Shown here piece after piece: positions 36,643 through 36,934 of a stretch of 36,934 nucleotides of DNA. The stretch lies in the NCBI GenBank assembly GCA_000934665.2, contig JYFJ02001297.1, forward strand, positions 62,001-98,934. The letters run 5' to 3'. The DNA is from Catajapyx aquilonaris (taxonomy: Eukaryota). The stretch's first letter is position 1; the number at the start of each line of letters is the position of its first letter. The notes under the pieces are model-generated. The model was not told where the DNA came from. It saw nothing but the letters and a program-made list of their open reading frames with translations, and did no database searches. Both the position numbers and the translations under genes were made by a program.

Positions 36643-36934
36643 CAGTGGTTCCCAACCTGGGGAGCGCGCCCTCCCAGGGGGGCGTGAGAGGATTTCAGGG
36701 GGGGCATGAGAAATATTTAAAATAACGTAACATGTTTCCGCTTGGTGCTGCTGGAAATATGAAGGGACCGACTTTTCTCCTCGCTAGTATCCGATGTGCT
36801 TACAGTGTAGGAAGATTCCACTGTACTTTGTCAGCTACATTCACCTAAACTTTGTGACCTTGAACCCCCAAAAAAATTCTTCAGTTGCCCCTATTTCAAC
36901 AGGTTTTCATTCCTCAGTTATAAAATTTTCTTTC
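36643..36934. mobile_element. Left end of a hAT (Charlie-like) element running off the window
   Basis: CAGTGGTTCCCAACCTGGGG...CCCAGGGGGGCG end, same TIR class as 13713. Confidence 0.55.

Overview
This is animal (probably arthropod) genomic DNA, not prokaryotic. It holds three host genes. (1) A complete spliced BMP-type R-Smad (Mad/Smad1/5) on the + strand: 5 coding exons, 13079-20909, 479 aa, ending SSVS. (2) A convergent, CDS-intronless, probably GPI-anchored matrix metalloproteinase (25614-27278, -) with an AP-1/STAT/ETS/Runx/GATA motif cluster upstream. (3) The first recognisable coding exon of a dUTPase (34403-34509, +), which the ORF track misses. The rest is a dense, often nested mosaic of non-autonomous DNA transposons (piggyBac-, hAT-, Harbinger- and Tc1/mariner-type MITEs, many of them long foldback palindromes), four tRNA-headed SINE families with apparently shared modules, and a decayed mariner transposase. 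I cannot demonstrate a new system from sequence alone. The best leads are the intronless MMP, palindromic elements bracketing Mad exons (dsRNA/circRNA potential), modular SINEs sharing one 3' tail, a kB/GATA/TATA island with a small antisense ORF inside a Mad intron, and a decayed chromo/Ulp1-like remnant at the left edge.
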